This document shows, in pieces, positions 39,330 to 54,844 of a stretch of DNA of 64,000 nt. A model generated the notes under the pieces. It was given only the letters and a program-made list of their open reading frames with translations. It did no database searches and was not told the origin of the DNA. Positions within the stretch are counted from its first letter, which is position 1; each line of letters begins with the position of its first letter. Made by a program: the position numbers and the translations under genes. Origin of the DNA: Eledone cirrhosa (taxonomy: Eukaryota); contig OZ024741.1 of NCBI GenBank assembly GCA_964016885.1, positions 175,832,001 through 175,896,000 of the forward strand, given 5' to 3'.

Positions 39330-39815
39330 GTTTCTGTGTTGGACCCACTTCTTTTCATCATCTACATTAATGACATTACTGACATCATGAAGCACAGCAA
39401 CATAAGAATCTTCGCAGATGATTCCAAGCTCCAGAAGGTCATCCACGAAGTGGGTGACCGGTCATGCCTTCAGTCAGACCTACTAGCGAAAAAGAGCAAT
39501 ATGCTGCTGAACGAGGATACATTTGAGTTAATCCACTTTGGAAAAGAGGGTTCCCATACTCCCTTCCTTCAGGCGAAACTCTCGTGGCATCCAACAACAT
39601 CAGGGACTTGGAGTAATTGTGGACAACATAAGCTGGGCCACTCACATAAACAGCAAAGTTGACATGGTTCGCAGAATGTGTTCCTGGATTCTCAGAACCT
39701 TCTACTCGAGAGATATCCACATAGTCATCCTTCTCTCTCCACTTTTGCCCGACCCCACCGTAAGCGCTACATCATCTGCATAATGTGGAAAATATTCCAC
39801 CAGCATTGCCCAAAT
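39330..39815 (+). mobile_element. CR1/L2-group LINE RT fragment, same family as 34968-35750
   Basis: PLLFIIYINDI, IFADDSKL, LGVIVDN.ISWATHINSKVDM. Confidence 0.85.
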
Positions 39816-39849
39816 GATATAAACAGAAGCATAACCTATAAATACAATC

Positions 39850-40900
39850 AAAATACATAGACATAGAAGGACTCGTATTCTATAGAAATAAACATGAATT
39901 GTGGTGAAGTACGTAATAAGAATTGAAAATGGAATGAAATAGTAAGTAAAAGAGATTAAACTTAATCCAAACAAAGGCTCAGGCTGAACAAGGTGGATCA
40001 TACCTCCTATTGAAAAATTGGACACATATTAAGCTGATAGACTTCCAAAATAGAACGGGCACACGATTTTAACAGAATCTATCATAGAGCATTGTTGATG
40101 ATAAGAAGTTTTAGATTTTTAAAAGCAGAAATGAATTGAGCCAAGGAGGTATAGCTGTTGAGATTCTCCCACTTCAATAAATGTAAACTGAAATTATTAT
40201 AACAAGTCGTAAAGCTGCTATTCGTAGCAGCTATATAGAAACGTGTGTGTATAGATGGTACATTCATATACTATATTTTTCCTAAGGCAATACCCATTTA
40301 GGGGACATTTACTAAGAATTCTACAGTTACAATCATATTTAAAGTTAGTAACTTTGTTTGAAGATAGGCTACGTATGTTATTAAGTAGTGTGTAGCTACG
40401 GTTTAGATAGCTCATTGTTAAGGTATGGTTGTTAGAGTTGTTACATAGGTTTAGTTTTTGACATTGTTCGGGGTTTACTAAAGGCTATGTAATCAACAAG
40501 ATTAGGTAACGTGGTGAAAGGTATTTTTGCGGTGTTTTTGTTTATCAATTTATGATATCTGAGTTCAGGTAGAAATATGTTATCTAAGATGCTAAAGAAT
40601 AGTTTAGGAATATTAGAGGCAACATGATTTCCGAAAAAGGGAATAAACTACATCATTCTGAGGCAACGATTTTTACGTTTACAATGTGGTGTGTCAGCAG
40701 CATACGGTTGTGAGTTAGCGGTAGTACTATTCGAAGGATTTTGGCTAAGAATTTAAACTATATCCTGACGTAAGTAAGATGTTACAAAACTGGTAATCTT
40801 TATTAGGATTTGAAGGTATAAGAGATGGGATGCTGGGAACCAAACCATTGTATTCATTCTAGTTACGAGGAGTAGCAGATTTAGGATTAACTCACGTATT
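39850..40900 (-). mobile_element. Decayed PLE (Cys-linker type) C-terminal fragment
   Basis: FIPFFGNHVASNIPKLFF..RYHKLINKNTAK and CNCRILSKCPLNGYCLRKNIVYEC. Confidence 0.8.
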
Positions 40901-41685
40901 ACTATTACAACGATAGTGAGAGTTACAGAGTTTATAGATATCCTTCCGATTCTTAAATTCATTATGTCTATTTCTATTTTTACTTCTATTGACAGACAAA
41001 TTCGTAACCACATTCATAATTGTATTAGGCTTATGAAAATGTGTGGTGGGCATTTTCACCCTATAACCAGGTCTGGCTAAAGATTCATTATAATACCAGG
41101 TGCTTGATTTTGAAAATATCTACCATTCCAGGTACTATCTTCAGACTGCAATTCTAGGATATAGGAAACACGCGAAATAAAGTAATTTGCTCAAGATTAC
41201 AACACACCGCCAATTCCAAGAATCGAAACCACGACCTTAGGATCGTTAATGCAACACCCTACATATTTCTATAGAGAAGTTATTAAAAATAAGAACGTTG
41301 AACAAATATCACTTCTGCCGCTCACCTCACAAAAAGGCCAAACACATTCATAGCAATTATGTTAATCTTATATATCTCAGTTCATTAGGTCCCTCAGATA
41401 GACCTTAATATCAATTATACGTGCTTAACTTAACATCTCCATAAATAAGAGTGATCATATCTGAAAGAAGTACCTATTACATCTCCCATTTACAGAAATA
41501 CACACACATTAATATACATACACACACACACACATATATGTATATATACAATGTGTACTGATATATATATATATATATATATATAAGTACACATTTATAT
41601 TGAAACCATATGTCTATAAATATTCATACATATGAGATTAACTGTATATGTATATATATTTTGTGTAAATATGTGTGTTTAGCCA

Positions 41686-41723
41686 CGTGCGCACTGTTGA
41701 AGAGAACGTGTGTGTGTGTATGT

Positions 41724-41767
<44 letters not shown>

Positions 41768-41811
41768 GTGTGTGTGTGTATTAGTACACGTTCTCTTCAA
41801 CAGTGCGTACG
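41686..41811. repeat. 26-bp inverted repeat flanking a (TG)n tract
   Basis: CGTGCGCACTGTTGAAGAGAACGTGT / ACACGTTCTCTTCAACAGTGCGTACG. Confidence 0.85.
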
Positions 41812-42058
41812 CAGGTAAACACACACACACGTGTATACAAGTTCCAATGTCTGTATATCTATCCATATCTATGTTCGCGTACACACACACACATACACCC
41901 ACATAGACAAACATACACACACGCACGCACACACACCACACACGCACACACACATTTATATTTATGATCTATATCTGTTTGTCTCTCACCTTACGATTCG
42001 AGCTCTCTGTCTCTGTCTCTGTCTCTGTCTATGTCTCTCTCTCTCTCGTTATATACGT

Positions 42059-42108
<50 letters not shown>

Positions 42109-42115
42109 GTATATA

Positions 42116-42190
<75 letters not shown>

Positions 42191-42258
42191 ATTATAATTG
42201 AATGTGTGTGTGTACATGTGTATATGTATATCTATCTATCTATTTATCTCTCTCTCTC

Positions 42259-42472
<214 letters not shown>

Positions 42473-42478
42473 TATATG

Positions 42479-42557
<79 letters not shown>

Positions 42558-42762
42558 TTGTGTGTCGTTGAATGCTTGTGTGAGCGTGTGTGGTAAATTG
42601 ATATAAAATTTGATTGGCTATCTATGACAAGATCTTGTGTTTTGCTATCTATTTCAAGATCCAAAGTTTTATACGTATATATTATAGTATTTAATATCTC
42701 ATATATATGAATTTTAAATGCATAGTTTATACGAATAGGCACACTCAATATCTATCTATCTA

Positions 42763-42800
<38 letters not shown>

Positions 42801-42857
42801 TTTCGTTTCTGAATTTGTTTAGCAAGATTCTTTATCTGAAAACGTGAGTTGAAACCG

Positions 42858-43484
42858 ATATTGTTATACTTTGGGAGAGTCATGTTGCCAATAAGTAACA
42901 CACGCACAAGTTGTTTCACATCAATTTATTATAAATTAAATTTATAAATTTAGGAATTTATAAATTTCCGGTTGGTTGGTTGGTTCCACAACCAGATGAT
43001 TGTTCATATATTGTCAAAGTTCTTTCGTCACACATTATGTGACCTCTTCAGTGACTGGGGATTCTTTTCTTTGTTTTTGTGCCTCTCCTTTGTTCTGTCC
43101 TACGCCATCTTGTTTTTGTGTGTGTTGTGTGCTTAGCTTGCGCATGTGTTACATCCGGGTGTCTGGGTGTGTTTATATTTGTTTATTTATTTGTTTATTT
43201 ATATGTTACTGGATGGTTGTTTGTTCTATGTGTGTGTGCGTTTTCATTTTGTCCTTAATTGTAAGTTGTGATGTTGCTATTCCATTCATGTTTTCTATTT
43301 AATTTTGGTTGGAGTTCTTTTATGTTTATTGCCTCTGTGATGTGTCTAAATATTGCGTCTTTTCTTTGTGTACCGGAAATTTATAAATTCCTAAATTTAT
43401 AAATTTAATTTATAATAAATTGAAGTGAAAGCATCTGGTGCGTGTGTTTCTTATGGTTTCATGACCCTCCCAAAGTATAACAAT
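42858..43484. mobile_element. Family C fold-back, ~115-bp inverted arms with ~400-bp spacer
   Basis: Arms 42858-42972 and 43371-43484, both ending in the family C terminus. Confidence 0.75.
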
Positions 43485-43572
43485 ATATACACACATATAT
43501 ATATATATATATTATGTTTATGTATGTATATATATATAAATATATATATGTACATGTGTATATGTATGTATG

Positions 43573-43646
<74 letters not shown>

Positions 43647-43648
43647 CA

Positions 43649-43683
<35 letters not shown>

Positions 43684-43716
43684 ATATATATATATGTACA
43701 TATACACATATATATT

Positions 43717-43754
<38 letters not shown>

Positions 43755-43761
43755 TTATATA

Positions 43762-43793
<32 letters not shown>

Positions 43794-43803
43794 AATATAT
43801 ATA

Positions 43804-43891
<88 letters not shown>

Positions 43892-44278
43892 TGTGTGTAT
43901 ATATATATATGCACAAATATAGAGACTGATATTTCCGCTTCGTCTTTAGACTTACTCACACACTGGAATACACACATTAGTAGGGCCACATCTATACTAT
44001 CATATCCAAACGATCTATAAAACTCCGTCTTTGTTTTTGTGAAGACATTAAAATAATGACATCTAAAGAGTGTTTTTATGACCCAATTCGTCCATAACAC
44101 TTCTTTATCGATATTCATTGTCAACAATTAGATCTCATTTACAGCAAAACTAAGCGTTGCTTGATAATGGAGGTGCCGAAGCTGGTGGTGGTTTTCGTGG
44201 TGGGGCTCAATATTAACCTTACTTGTAATTACGGTCACTATATCTTTATGTCTTCATATATCTTTATATATATATATC

Positions 44279-44411
<133 letters not shown>

Positions 44412-44470
44412 AGACACATACGTACATACATATATATATGTATGTATATATATATATATGTATGTATATA

Positions 44471-44516
<46 letters not shown>

Positions 44517-44808
44517 CGTAGTTCATAATAAGGGTGTATGTGTTAATGTATCATTAACATAGGAGTGTCTTGCTATATATATTTTTAAAAGAGTTATCTC
44601 AACAGCAATGAAAATGCCAGACAGCTGTTTCTGGATTTTTAACCGACTTCGGTGATATTTAATTACATTGTATTGAGAGGAGAATAAGCTAAAGACTATA
44701 TTCCTTGTGCATAAGAAACAACCGCTGGAGATGCTTATTTGCATATAGGGCATATTTAGCTGGTTAGGGTTAATTAACATATTTTCATCTGATTACGGGG
44801 TGAAGAAA

Positions 44809-44850
44809 TGTCACCGATGACGGATAAATATCCTGACACGTGTCTAAAAT
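44809..44850 (+). ncRNA. Decayed hammerhead-like motif
   Basis: CCGATGA-CGGAT-AAAT-ATCCT-GACA-CGTG-TC (two core substitutions), ~85 nt before a TA tract. Confidence 0.45.
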
Positions 44851-44926
44851 ATCACCGGCTGCTGAGATATCTATGAAATATTCATGGTGAGCCACTTGTA
44901 TGTTTATTATTCATAGACGTATCTTT

Positions 44927-44993
<67 letters not shown>

Positions 44994-45113
44994 CATATAC
45001 GTGTGTGTGTGTTTGTGTGTTTATGTACACATACATACTACTTCTTTCTAAGAGTGATACTAATAAGCCTACGGTTTTTTGCATCTGTGTGTTCGTCTTG
45101 TCATTTTCTGAAC

Positions 45114-45208
<95 letters not shown>

Positions 45209-45454
45209 CCTAATTTCTGTCTTGAAATATAGAAAGTATACAACATAATATTAAGAGTTATCTTTGGGAAAAAATTAATGTTCTGCTTATCAAATTTTAT
45301 AAGTACATAGAAGAAAAACTCAATGACTAAAGTATTAGCGAACGATTGATTCCTTTAACTGCTTTGTTAATGGAGAGATTCATATGAACAAACAGTTACC
45401 TACGTAGGCGTGATTACTGCCTGGTTTTCGATTCGGTGGTGATAATTGACAGAG

Positions 45455-45590
45455 TCGTTATGACGTCGGATAGAATGTTGCCATATTTCTTTCAGCTCTC
45501 TATGCTCCGTGTTCAGAATTTGATGATTTAAAATTTGCCTTTCATACTTTCGAACTCAATGGGAAAGTACCAGTCTGGTACTGCTATCGA
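45455..45590 (+). mobile_element. SINE family 1, decayed
   Basis: TTTGCCTTTCATACTTTCG..AAGTACCAGT. Confidence 0.6.
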
Positions 45591-48500
45591 TTCTTCCTCT
45601 ACCTCTTTTTATCGCTCCCTCCTCTCTTTCTGTCTCACACACACTCACTTTCCCTCTCTTCCTCTCAGGTCAGTCTTTCCCTCTCTCTCGCTCTCTCAAA
45701 TCTGTATTTTTCCCTAACTCATTACCTCACACACTCAATCTCTCTTCTCTCTCTTCTCTTGGACTTTAGGGTCTTTGGCATGTTATAACATGTAGGAAAC
45801 ACTACTGTTATATGTCCATGGAAAACACGCCTTCAATAAGAAGGTAACAGAAAAAAAAGAAAGAAACATGCCCTTAATACTTTCTTTCCTGCTTCCTTTA
45901 GCCCTTAAATCAACCTATGATACAATTATAGGAGTGTGTTTGTGATATGCTGTGTGTCTGGGGCATTTTAATTTAACGCAGTCTATTTTTCTCACGGTCT
46001 CAAACCACGGCCGATTACTTCCAGAATGAAATAGAGATAAGTAGAGATATTCAGTTTAGATACATAGATAAAGATAGAAAGAAGAAAAACATTAGTACTC
46101 TACTGGTACTTTATGTATCAACTAGAAAAAAATGAAAGACAATTTTGACCTTGACGGCATTTAAAATTAGAGACACAATGAATAGCGCCAGCCATTTCAT
46201 CCCGCGTATAAATATGTATTGTTTTACTAGAGTCTTTGGAAGTAAGTGAGTATTGTTTAAGGCAGTGAATTTTTCTTACTCATCTACAATCTTCTATTAG
46301 TCTATTAGTTATTCCCTGTTAGTTTCATTACCTCATCACATTAGAATTTTCTTTATTTTTTACTTTTTATTTACGTTAGTGATTAAAAAAGATGTTTACT
46401 GAAGGGAGTATATATGTGTAGGGAAATAGCCGCTCCAACTAACTTGGCTCACACATGCGAGTGGCCAACTTCGCCTCGATAGCTGTGAAAAGCGAGATGG
46501 TACAAGGAGGTCTCTATCCCTACAAATTCAACGACAAAAATATACGAAAGCAGCTGATACTTCCATAAGTTTCCGTATTATCCCTGGTTAACACATTATA
46601 TTTCACAGATATCTCTCTATCTTAGTATTTAAAGTTAATTGTAATAAAACATGTTCTACTGGGAGACAGTCTTTTCCGAAACGAAACTATTGTCAGACGC
46701 CAATCTCAATGGATATCTGTGTTCCGTCAGGAAATTCCACATATATTTTAAATTTGAAGATGATGCAACAGATAAAAAATAACAAAAAAATAAAAGGAAC
46801 TGTGGTATATGTGTCTATATTTTATTTTATTTTATATTAATCTATTTTTAATATCTTTTCATTGAACGCTTTCCAAGAAGTTTCTTAATTTTTTTCTCTT
46901 TACAAGTTAACTTTGATCATCGACTATGACATACATTTTTCATTCGTCTACATACTTTTAAATCTCTGCCTATACCACCGTATTATAATTTCATCGATGT
47001 CTGACGTGATTTCACAAGAGAGACACAGTTACAATTTAAACATGACACATTTATTTCTCTACCTTTGAAGTATGATACAAATGAAACTTTTATCACACCA
47101 ACAATTTGACAGTAAATTCTACCAAGATATAATTATAGGCCTAAACCACATATAAGGATTCAGCTCAATTAGTCATGGCATTGTTAGAGCTTTTGATCAT
47201 TTGTAGAATTTTTTTCTTTTCTTTTGTATTTGGGTTTGATATTTTATTTCCATTAATCTTGAATATATATTTTGAGATTCTTAGAAATATATATCTAGAT
47301 TAATTATCTTTATAAACATTATACATATATAATTATTTCTCTAATATATTCTTAATAGAAAGTAGAAATCAAAAACTAATATAAAATGAAATGTTGATAA
47401 AAGAAGCGAGGTAACAATTGGTAAAAATAATTAATAACCAACTCAGTGACAACTGATTTTATGATCTTTAAATACTCGTCCCAACTAGGGAACAATAGTG
47501 TCATTATGTTTGAAGTAACAAGAGAGTGTCTATAACATGTTACAGAGACATATCGTAAATGACTGCGTCCGAAAAGCAACGAGGTTTCAGTTTTCTTTGC
47601 TGATCTTTGCTCCCTTTACCGACATAAATCGGTGAGAAACATATCCACACACACACACATACAAACACACGCATTCAGCTACGATGGCGTTCCAACAGAT
47701 GAATGAGTATGATTATCACTAACAGTTAGAGAATGTAATGCCAACAATGCCCATACGACATTTAAGTCGAAGTTAGCTTACACAAAAATGCAGCGATTTT
47801 CAGCTACGAAAACAATTTAGCCTAGAGACAAGTTGAAGGAAGGTATGTTTCAACAAATTTACTTGGAATTATATCAGAGTTACTTTCTCCTACTGCCATT
47901 TAACTAAGTCTAATGTATCCTTCGTCCCAGGGGTCTTATGGTGCCACTAGACGCTTGCTCTCTTTGTATACTTTCTCATTTATATTCCTTCCTTCTCGTA
48001 CACCGTCCATATGCTTAATATTAACAGAACTTCACTTGTAAGCATGTGGTTAAAAACTTCCCTTCGCAATCACGTAATTACGATTTTCATCCCACTGCAC
48101 AGCCCCTTAGACAAGAGTATTCAACTGCATCCTCCAGTTCAAAGTGTATTTGTGGAGTTCGGCAGACGGAAAGTCTGCACAAAAACATTGTTATTAGGTA
48201 AATGCTTGTGTTAACCGGAAGAAGTGTTTACAACGTATCGGATGGTGGTCTTCCATCGGCAAAGAAACAGGGGTGGGAGATAATTTAAGAAACGGAAAGA
48301 AAGAAAATATTAAATTGAAGAAACGAAAATGCAGGTTGGTGTCATCAGAAGTGCTTATGTGAATAAAAGTGTATGGGTTTATTTATGCCTTTATGTGTAT
48401 AAAGTTGTGAAGTAAGAATGTTTGGGCCTATATGTCGAATTGGTGTGTGTGTGTGTGTGTGCTGTGGATGCGTGCGTTTGAAGTACACCGTGTGAGTACT

Positions 48501-48929
48501 CCTATCTTTTCAAGCTGCGTGTCGATCTAACTCTGTGTGTGTTAATGTGCGTACGTTAAGTGTGTGTATTTTGGTTTTTGGTAGTATCTTCGTACATAAA
48601 ATATCGGTTACGCTGTGACAATTGAAACGGAGCGCGAAATAAACTGTTATTAGTCACAGTTGTGGTGGAGGCGGTAATGACGGTCGCGACAATAATAGTA
48701 AGTGGACAGAGCACAAAATATAGATGTGGTGGGAGAGATAAAAAGATAATGGGAAGGGGGATAAGTGAGAGAGAGAGAGAGTGAGTGAGAGAGGATGGAG
48801 AGAGATAGAGATAGATAGATATATATAGAGAAAGATCAATATATAGATATAGAGATAGATAGATAGATAGATAGAGAGAGAGATAGAGAGATAGAGAGAG
48901 AAAGAGAGAGAGAGAGAGGGGGAGAAAGA

Positions 48930-49005
<76 letters not shown>

Positions 49006-49204
49006 TTTTAATCAGTGAAAAGACAGATAAAGAAAGAAACATTCATGAAAATGATGTATAATTAGAAAAAAAATGAGAAAATCTGAGAAAAAAAAGAGAC
49101 AGAAAAGAATCATAATATTTTAAGTTATAAATTATAATCATGAGTGTGATACAGTTATTGCCGATTGTTTGTTGTTGAGAGTAATATTAGCAGTTCTGGT
49201 GGTG

Positions 49205-49410
49205 GTGGCGTGGCAAGGGTATTGGTAGAGCTTTGGATAAAAGGCTATTGCAGTATTTGTTCTGACTCTTTACATTTTGAGTTCAAATCCCATCAAGTTC
49301 ATCTTTGCCTTTCCTCCTTCCAGCTCGATAAAATAATGTACCAGTTAAGTACCGATTCAATCAACTTTTCCTTTTCCCATATTTGCTGGCCTTGTGCCTA
49401 AAAATTAGAA
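49205..49410 (+). mobile_element. SINE family 1
   Basis: GAGTTCAAATCCC..TCGATAAAATAATGTACCAG..TTGCTGGCCTTGTGCCTAAA. Confidence 0.8.
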
Positions 49411-52400
49411 CCCAGTATTATTGTTGGTGTAAATCTGACGTCATAAACCTAATGAATTGATATGCTTTATTTTAACACTTTTACATTTTTTCACACTTAA
49501 ACTGACTTGTTGCACGCATATCTCTAAATCACTTTTTCACTTTAAACTCTGTACTGAATATTTGCTGTAGTCGTTCATTTAAGAGAGACATTTTTATTTC
49601 TGGTCTTCCTGTATTTTACGCTACTGTACTAACCTCCAATATTCTAAGTTTCATGCCGATTCATCTTGCAATAGCAACGGCTATAAATAATATTTTTGTC
49701 CTCAGGCATATCGATAAAAAGATAATGCGTTATAGATAGGTACCAGGTTTCATTGATTCAGGATTGGGAACAAAAAATACATATTGAAAAGATATTGATG
49801 GGTACAAAACTAAAATGAAACAAGCTGAATGGTTTATGGTATTGTGTGTAAAGGTTACATTTCCCTTTTATTATTATTGTTGTTGCTGTTGTTTATCTTT
49901 GGATCAGTTATAGTGCAGAACATCTATGATTAATGGCGTTTGTTTTAGTGGTTTATTAGGATTCCCTTTTATTGTATATGAGGAACATCATTATCTCATG
50001 GGTTCCTTTAAGATTGTACCGTACGATTTCAGGGATGTTTGGCATCTAGTGTTAGTAGATCGAGCGACATCGTAGATACTCCCTCGCTGGTTCGTATTAG
50101 CAACATTTCGTAATGTAAGATGATGGCATTTCCTCTAGCAATCTCATAATGGATCAGTTGTCTATTATCATGGAATGAGGATATAGCTCTGCTCACATTT
50201 TGGAATCCAATATTACTCGGTAATTTGCATGCAATATCCACGATGGAAGTTGAGAATCTATGATCAATATCACAAGGAATCAGTAGATTCAAAACAGGTT
50301 AGACACAATTATCTTTAAATAAAAGAAGTAAATAAATGAACGAATAAATAAGAAACAAAGTAAGAAATATGACCAATAAATGGTAAATTGTTTGTGATAA
50401 ACATCGCAGATACAAATTTTGATGGAACACATATTCAAACTGATAATTCTTCGAAAGACTTTCTTTGACAACCTAAATCTATATTCAAACATTACAATGA
50501 ATTTTATCGATTCCCTCTTCTAATGTATATTCACTTAAGGCTTGGTAATATTCTTTACTTTAAGCGATAAGATGCAATACAATTCAATAAATAAGTCAAT
50601 ATTTTCAAACTCTAAAATGTTCTTGTGGAAAGGTATAAACTAAAGTTTATCATGTATCGGCTAAATTCTTCAGTTAAGAGAAAGTTTCAGTATTGGTTTC
50701 TTCTCTGCTAATACATATGAAATGGAATGGCTGCATTAGGTTATTTAGGAATTGGTGAACGAAAAGAGACAGATGAAATTATTATTAAATAAGCTAACAA
50801 TTAACAACATTAAAGCATGGAAATGTTGGAAAGTTTCTATAAACTGCTTTACTCATCCTCAACTTAATCGTCAAAAGCATTATTTGCCATCATATTTTCA
50901 ACAGTTTAATGCGGGGTTTTACAATTTGTATTGGTCCTGCTTTAAATTATATATACCACATTTTCAAGAATCTATCCATTTCATGGTTTTACTGACCCGC
51001 CCCCATAAACAGTCAGAGACATTACAGTTTTCTTCCAGTCTGTGATTTGTGTACCACCAAGTTTAACTCTAATCTCATTGCCAAGTTTAGTTGGTTTGAC
51101 ATGGATGATATTTGGCAGGTTGTTATAAACGTGTTGTCAATACAATATCATCTATAAATTTACACGGACTTGACAACGACACAATAACCGGAGATGAGGT
51201 GATCAGTTGTCCATTTGTATTAACTGCATAATCTAAATTTAGTATCACTTTACATTGTTTCATATATCTGAAATTATGTGCGTCTAGACATCGGTCTAGT
51301 GTTTAGATTCTATTTTGTGTCGAGAGCTTATAGACCATTGTTGTCATTCGTTCTCTGTCAAGCCATTTATGATATTGACCATAGATTTATTTCTCTCAAA
51401 TTTTTCTTTTGTACATTATCAGATGCTCGTTTAATTTGTTAGTGAATTTGATACCTTTGCTTTGTTTTCGCTGTCGTTAATTTTAAGTTCGCACTTTAAC
51501 CCTTTATTAAGCCAACCAATTTCTATTTATTTACTGGCCTGTTTGATGCCTTTAGCAGCGACACTTTCTGATATATTCATTTGGTAGAAGTCTCAGATAA
51601 CATAATTCTACCAGTCATGGTAGCCTCAGAAAGGACCACGGATGCTGGCATTCTTCCTGTTGCCTCAAAAGCTTTACACTGATTACCAAAATATATATAA
51701 ATTCGTACAAGAATGTATGCTTACATGGATAATTTACCGGACGCGCTTCTTAATTATTTTACTTAAATGGATGTAGTTACGTTGTTGCTACTAATGGATT
51801 TCGGATCCATTGTGGTTGACATTATCAATGAAACTGGCTTCTAGGGTTTTCTAGCCTTCATGTCCATCAAAGAAAGATATACATATATGATAACTTTCCA
51901 TACAGTTTATATTTATTTACCAGATTTCATCCATAATGTATTGATCAGCCACGCACACAGTAGAATTACATCTATCAGAGCGTGGTTGAGAAGCGAACTT
52001 CAACTTCTAAACTAGGCAGTAAAGCCTACTCCCAGATTTGAAAGCATATTTAAAAGCCTTTCATTAGCAAAGAATATCAATTTTGTTAGTAATTAGATTT
52101 TATTTTCAAAAGAATGGATGTGGTATCATTTGATCTGGTTCTAATTAAAGAGCAGATAATTTGATAAAATGATTTCATGTTATACATGTCAGTAGATTCC
52201 TGCAACTGTTTTTGTTGTTGCTTCTACTACCAGAAAATGTATTTGCCTGTTCGCAAATTAATTTTGGCAGCATAATATGCTCTAGAATATGTGCAGAATA
52301 CTTAAATCTGTAACAGAGAATGTGTTGAATTTCCAAGTAATGTTAATTGAATCATCGCTAGTGTTTTCTTTCCGGGAAAAGAAAAAACTCAGCAATATCT

Positions 52401-52649
52401 AGAATATTCCATGATAATGCTCTCATGATACTTCAATGTCGACGTCACTAGGCTGAATCTATATACATAAATTTTCACATTTCTATGTTTCTTTGTTCCA
52501 AAATTTCTGTGACAGCAAATATCCTAGCAGAAGCAGCAGCAGTATGTGCGTTATTTTATACTTCATATTGAAAGGAAAATGTATCGTGTTTGTCTCTTTA
52601 TGCATAACTCTTATTTTTAATGAACTTAAACTAATTAATAGATTCTAAA

Positions 52650-53000
52650 TAAGGCACAACACCAACGATTTGAGAGAAGGAAAAGTGAATCATGCCGACC
52701 TCAGTATTTTACTGGTACTTATTTTAACCACCGGAAAGATGATAGGCAAACTTATCTCGGCTGGATTTGAACTCATAACGTAGAAATTTGTATGTATATA
52801 CCACACAATATTTTGTCCGACACTCTAACGATTTTTCCAACCCCCCGCCATATGCTCAAAATAATCAATAAAGGAAGATTTGGTGGAGTCGTTAGCGCAG
52901 CGGATAAAATTCCCTGCTCTACTTTTTCCTGTTTTCTGTGCTCTGAGTTCAAATCCTGCCGTAGTCAACTTTGCATTTCCTCTTTCGTGGTTGAATAAAT
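52650..53000. mobile_element. Two decayed family 1 SINEs, head-to-head (minus 52650-52840, plus 52880-53000)
   Basis: B-boxes GGATTTGAACTC and GAGTTCAAATCC with family-1 cores. Confidence 0.7.
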
Positions 53001-54626
53001 AATATATAAAACCAAAGAGTGGTGGTTGATTCTTCTTTCTCTCTATTTCAGTCTCCCCCTCCTTCTCCCTCTCGCAATCGGTATCGTTGTCTGGGCTTCG
53101 TCACAATTTCCATTTCTACAGAAATGGGGAAGAATCAAACAAACAGATAAATACACTTTACTGGAACCATCTGAAATGGAAATAAGAGCGAGTGAAAAAT
53201 AAGAAAATAAATAGTATCATCATCTAATTATTTTTGTAATGAATGGAAACTTCAAGAGCGACACAATATTGCTACAAAATAGCCTTCTATACATGATATA
53301 CCCTCACAATCACTCAGTTATTTTCCTTGCCACAAGTATAATTTAGCATCTACTCTCTTTCATCTCCCCTAATATTACTTCAACATACGTTGCAGCCACC
53401 TATGGCATCTATCAATTACCGAAAGCTTTATTTGGCTGAATATAGATGTGTTCATTTTATAGGTTTCAATATCCGGAGAATAACAGTTATTGTGTCTAGG
53501 TATGAAATTAATGTCCACCAAATATAAACATTTGAGTTAGTTTTCCTGTTTGAATTTAGCTTTAGCATTTTTGATTTGAAATTATGCGACATTTTTTTCT
53601 ACTTTTCTTAAGTATTATTATATCCTCATATCCGCAACGTATATTTGATGGATAACAAGCCTTAACTTTACATAATATGTATGAAATAACTTCGATTAGG
53701 GATACATTTTCAACAAACCCTAATTGATTGAAGAAAGTAAAGTCCAGATCCACTTGTAATTGCATTGTCCATATTGTCAAATTAATTTAATCAAATAATT
53801 GTTCTTGCTGGCATGAGATATTAAACTCATTGATTGAGTTCTTGACAACTAAATACTCAGATATGCTTAGACACTACCTTTCAACTATTTTGCGTATAGA
53901 ATGTAACATAGACGGTAGAGATTGACTAATAATAAGGTTTCAGGGATTTGTGTCACGGAAAGAGATAGGCTGTAGGTAGGGTTGTGTCTGAGTGAGCGGT
54001 GAAGTATGGGATCGAAGTTGGATTGGATATCGCGATCTGTAGAGACTACTATGAATAATATTCAAGTTCGTTGAATTGCTAGTAAAATATGGAGTTCTTG
54101 GTATACTAGTGAAATATGGAGTTGTCGGTGTTTATTCATATCTTTGTATCGGTGTAACCTGATCGCTGGGTGTTTTTAACGGAATAAACTGGTTTGCAAG
54201 CTTTTGGGTCCATTCATTTCACACCCTTTAACCAGTCGCGGTGGCCCTGAAAAGATAGATGATTGTGGCCTTTCCATCCCTATCTAGTTATGAACAAATA
54301 TATGGTAAAAATAATGTGCAAAAGAAAAAACCGAAACCAATTGAGCTGTAAACTCAATACTATGGTAAATAGGGAATGAATTACTGTAAATAGATTTCTA
54401 GACGGCAATTCCCATAATTCTAGATTGCAATAACAAATAAATATTTTTAAAAGAGTCAAGGAAGCGATTACTATCTGGTTGAACGACCTATTAAAAATAT
54501 CACCAAATTCTATTCCTATTGCATTCTATATCATATGTGCCACCAAAATGAGGTCATCACGGATATTGTGTAATGCTTAGCGTTTTAAACTAGGTTGACG
54601 ATCGCAGATATATTAGGTAATATAAG

Positions 54627-54715
<89 letters not shown>

Positions 54716-54721
54716 GCACAA

Positions 54722-54844
<123 letters not shown>

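Noticed and set aside
50029-51800. Complex non-repetitive stretch with short ORFs
   Set aside because: No recognisable domain or splice structure
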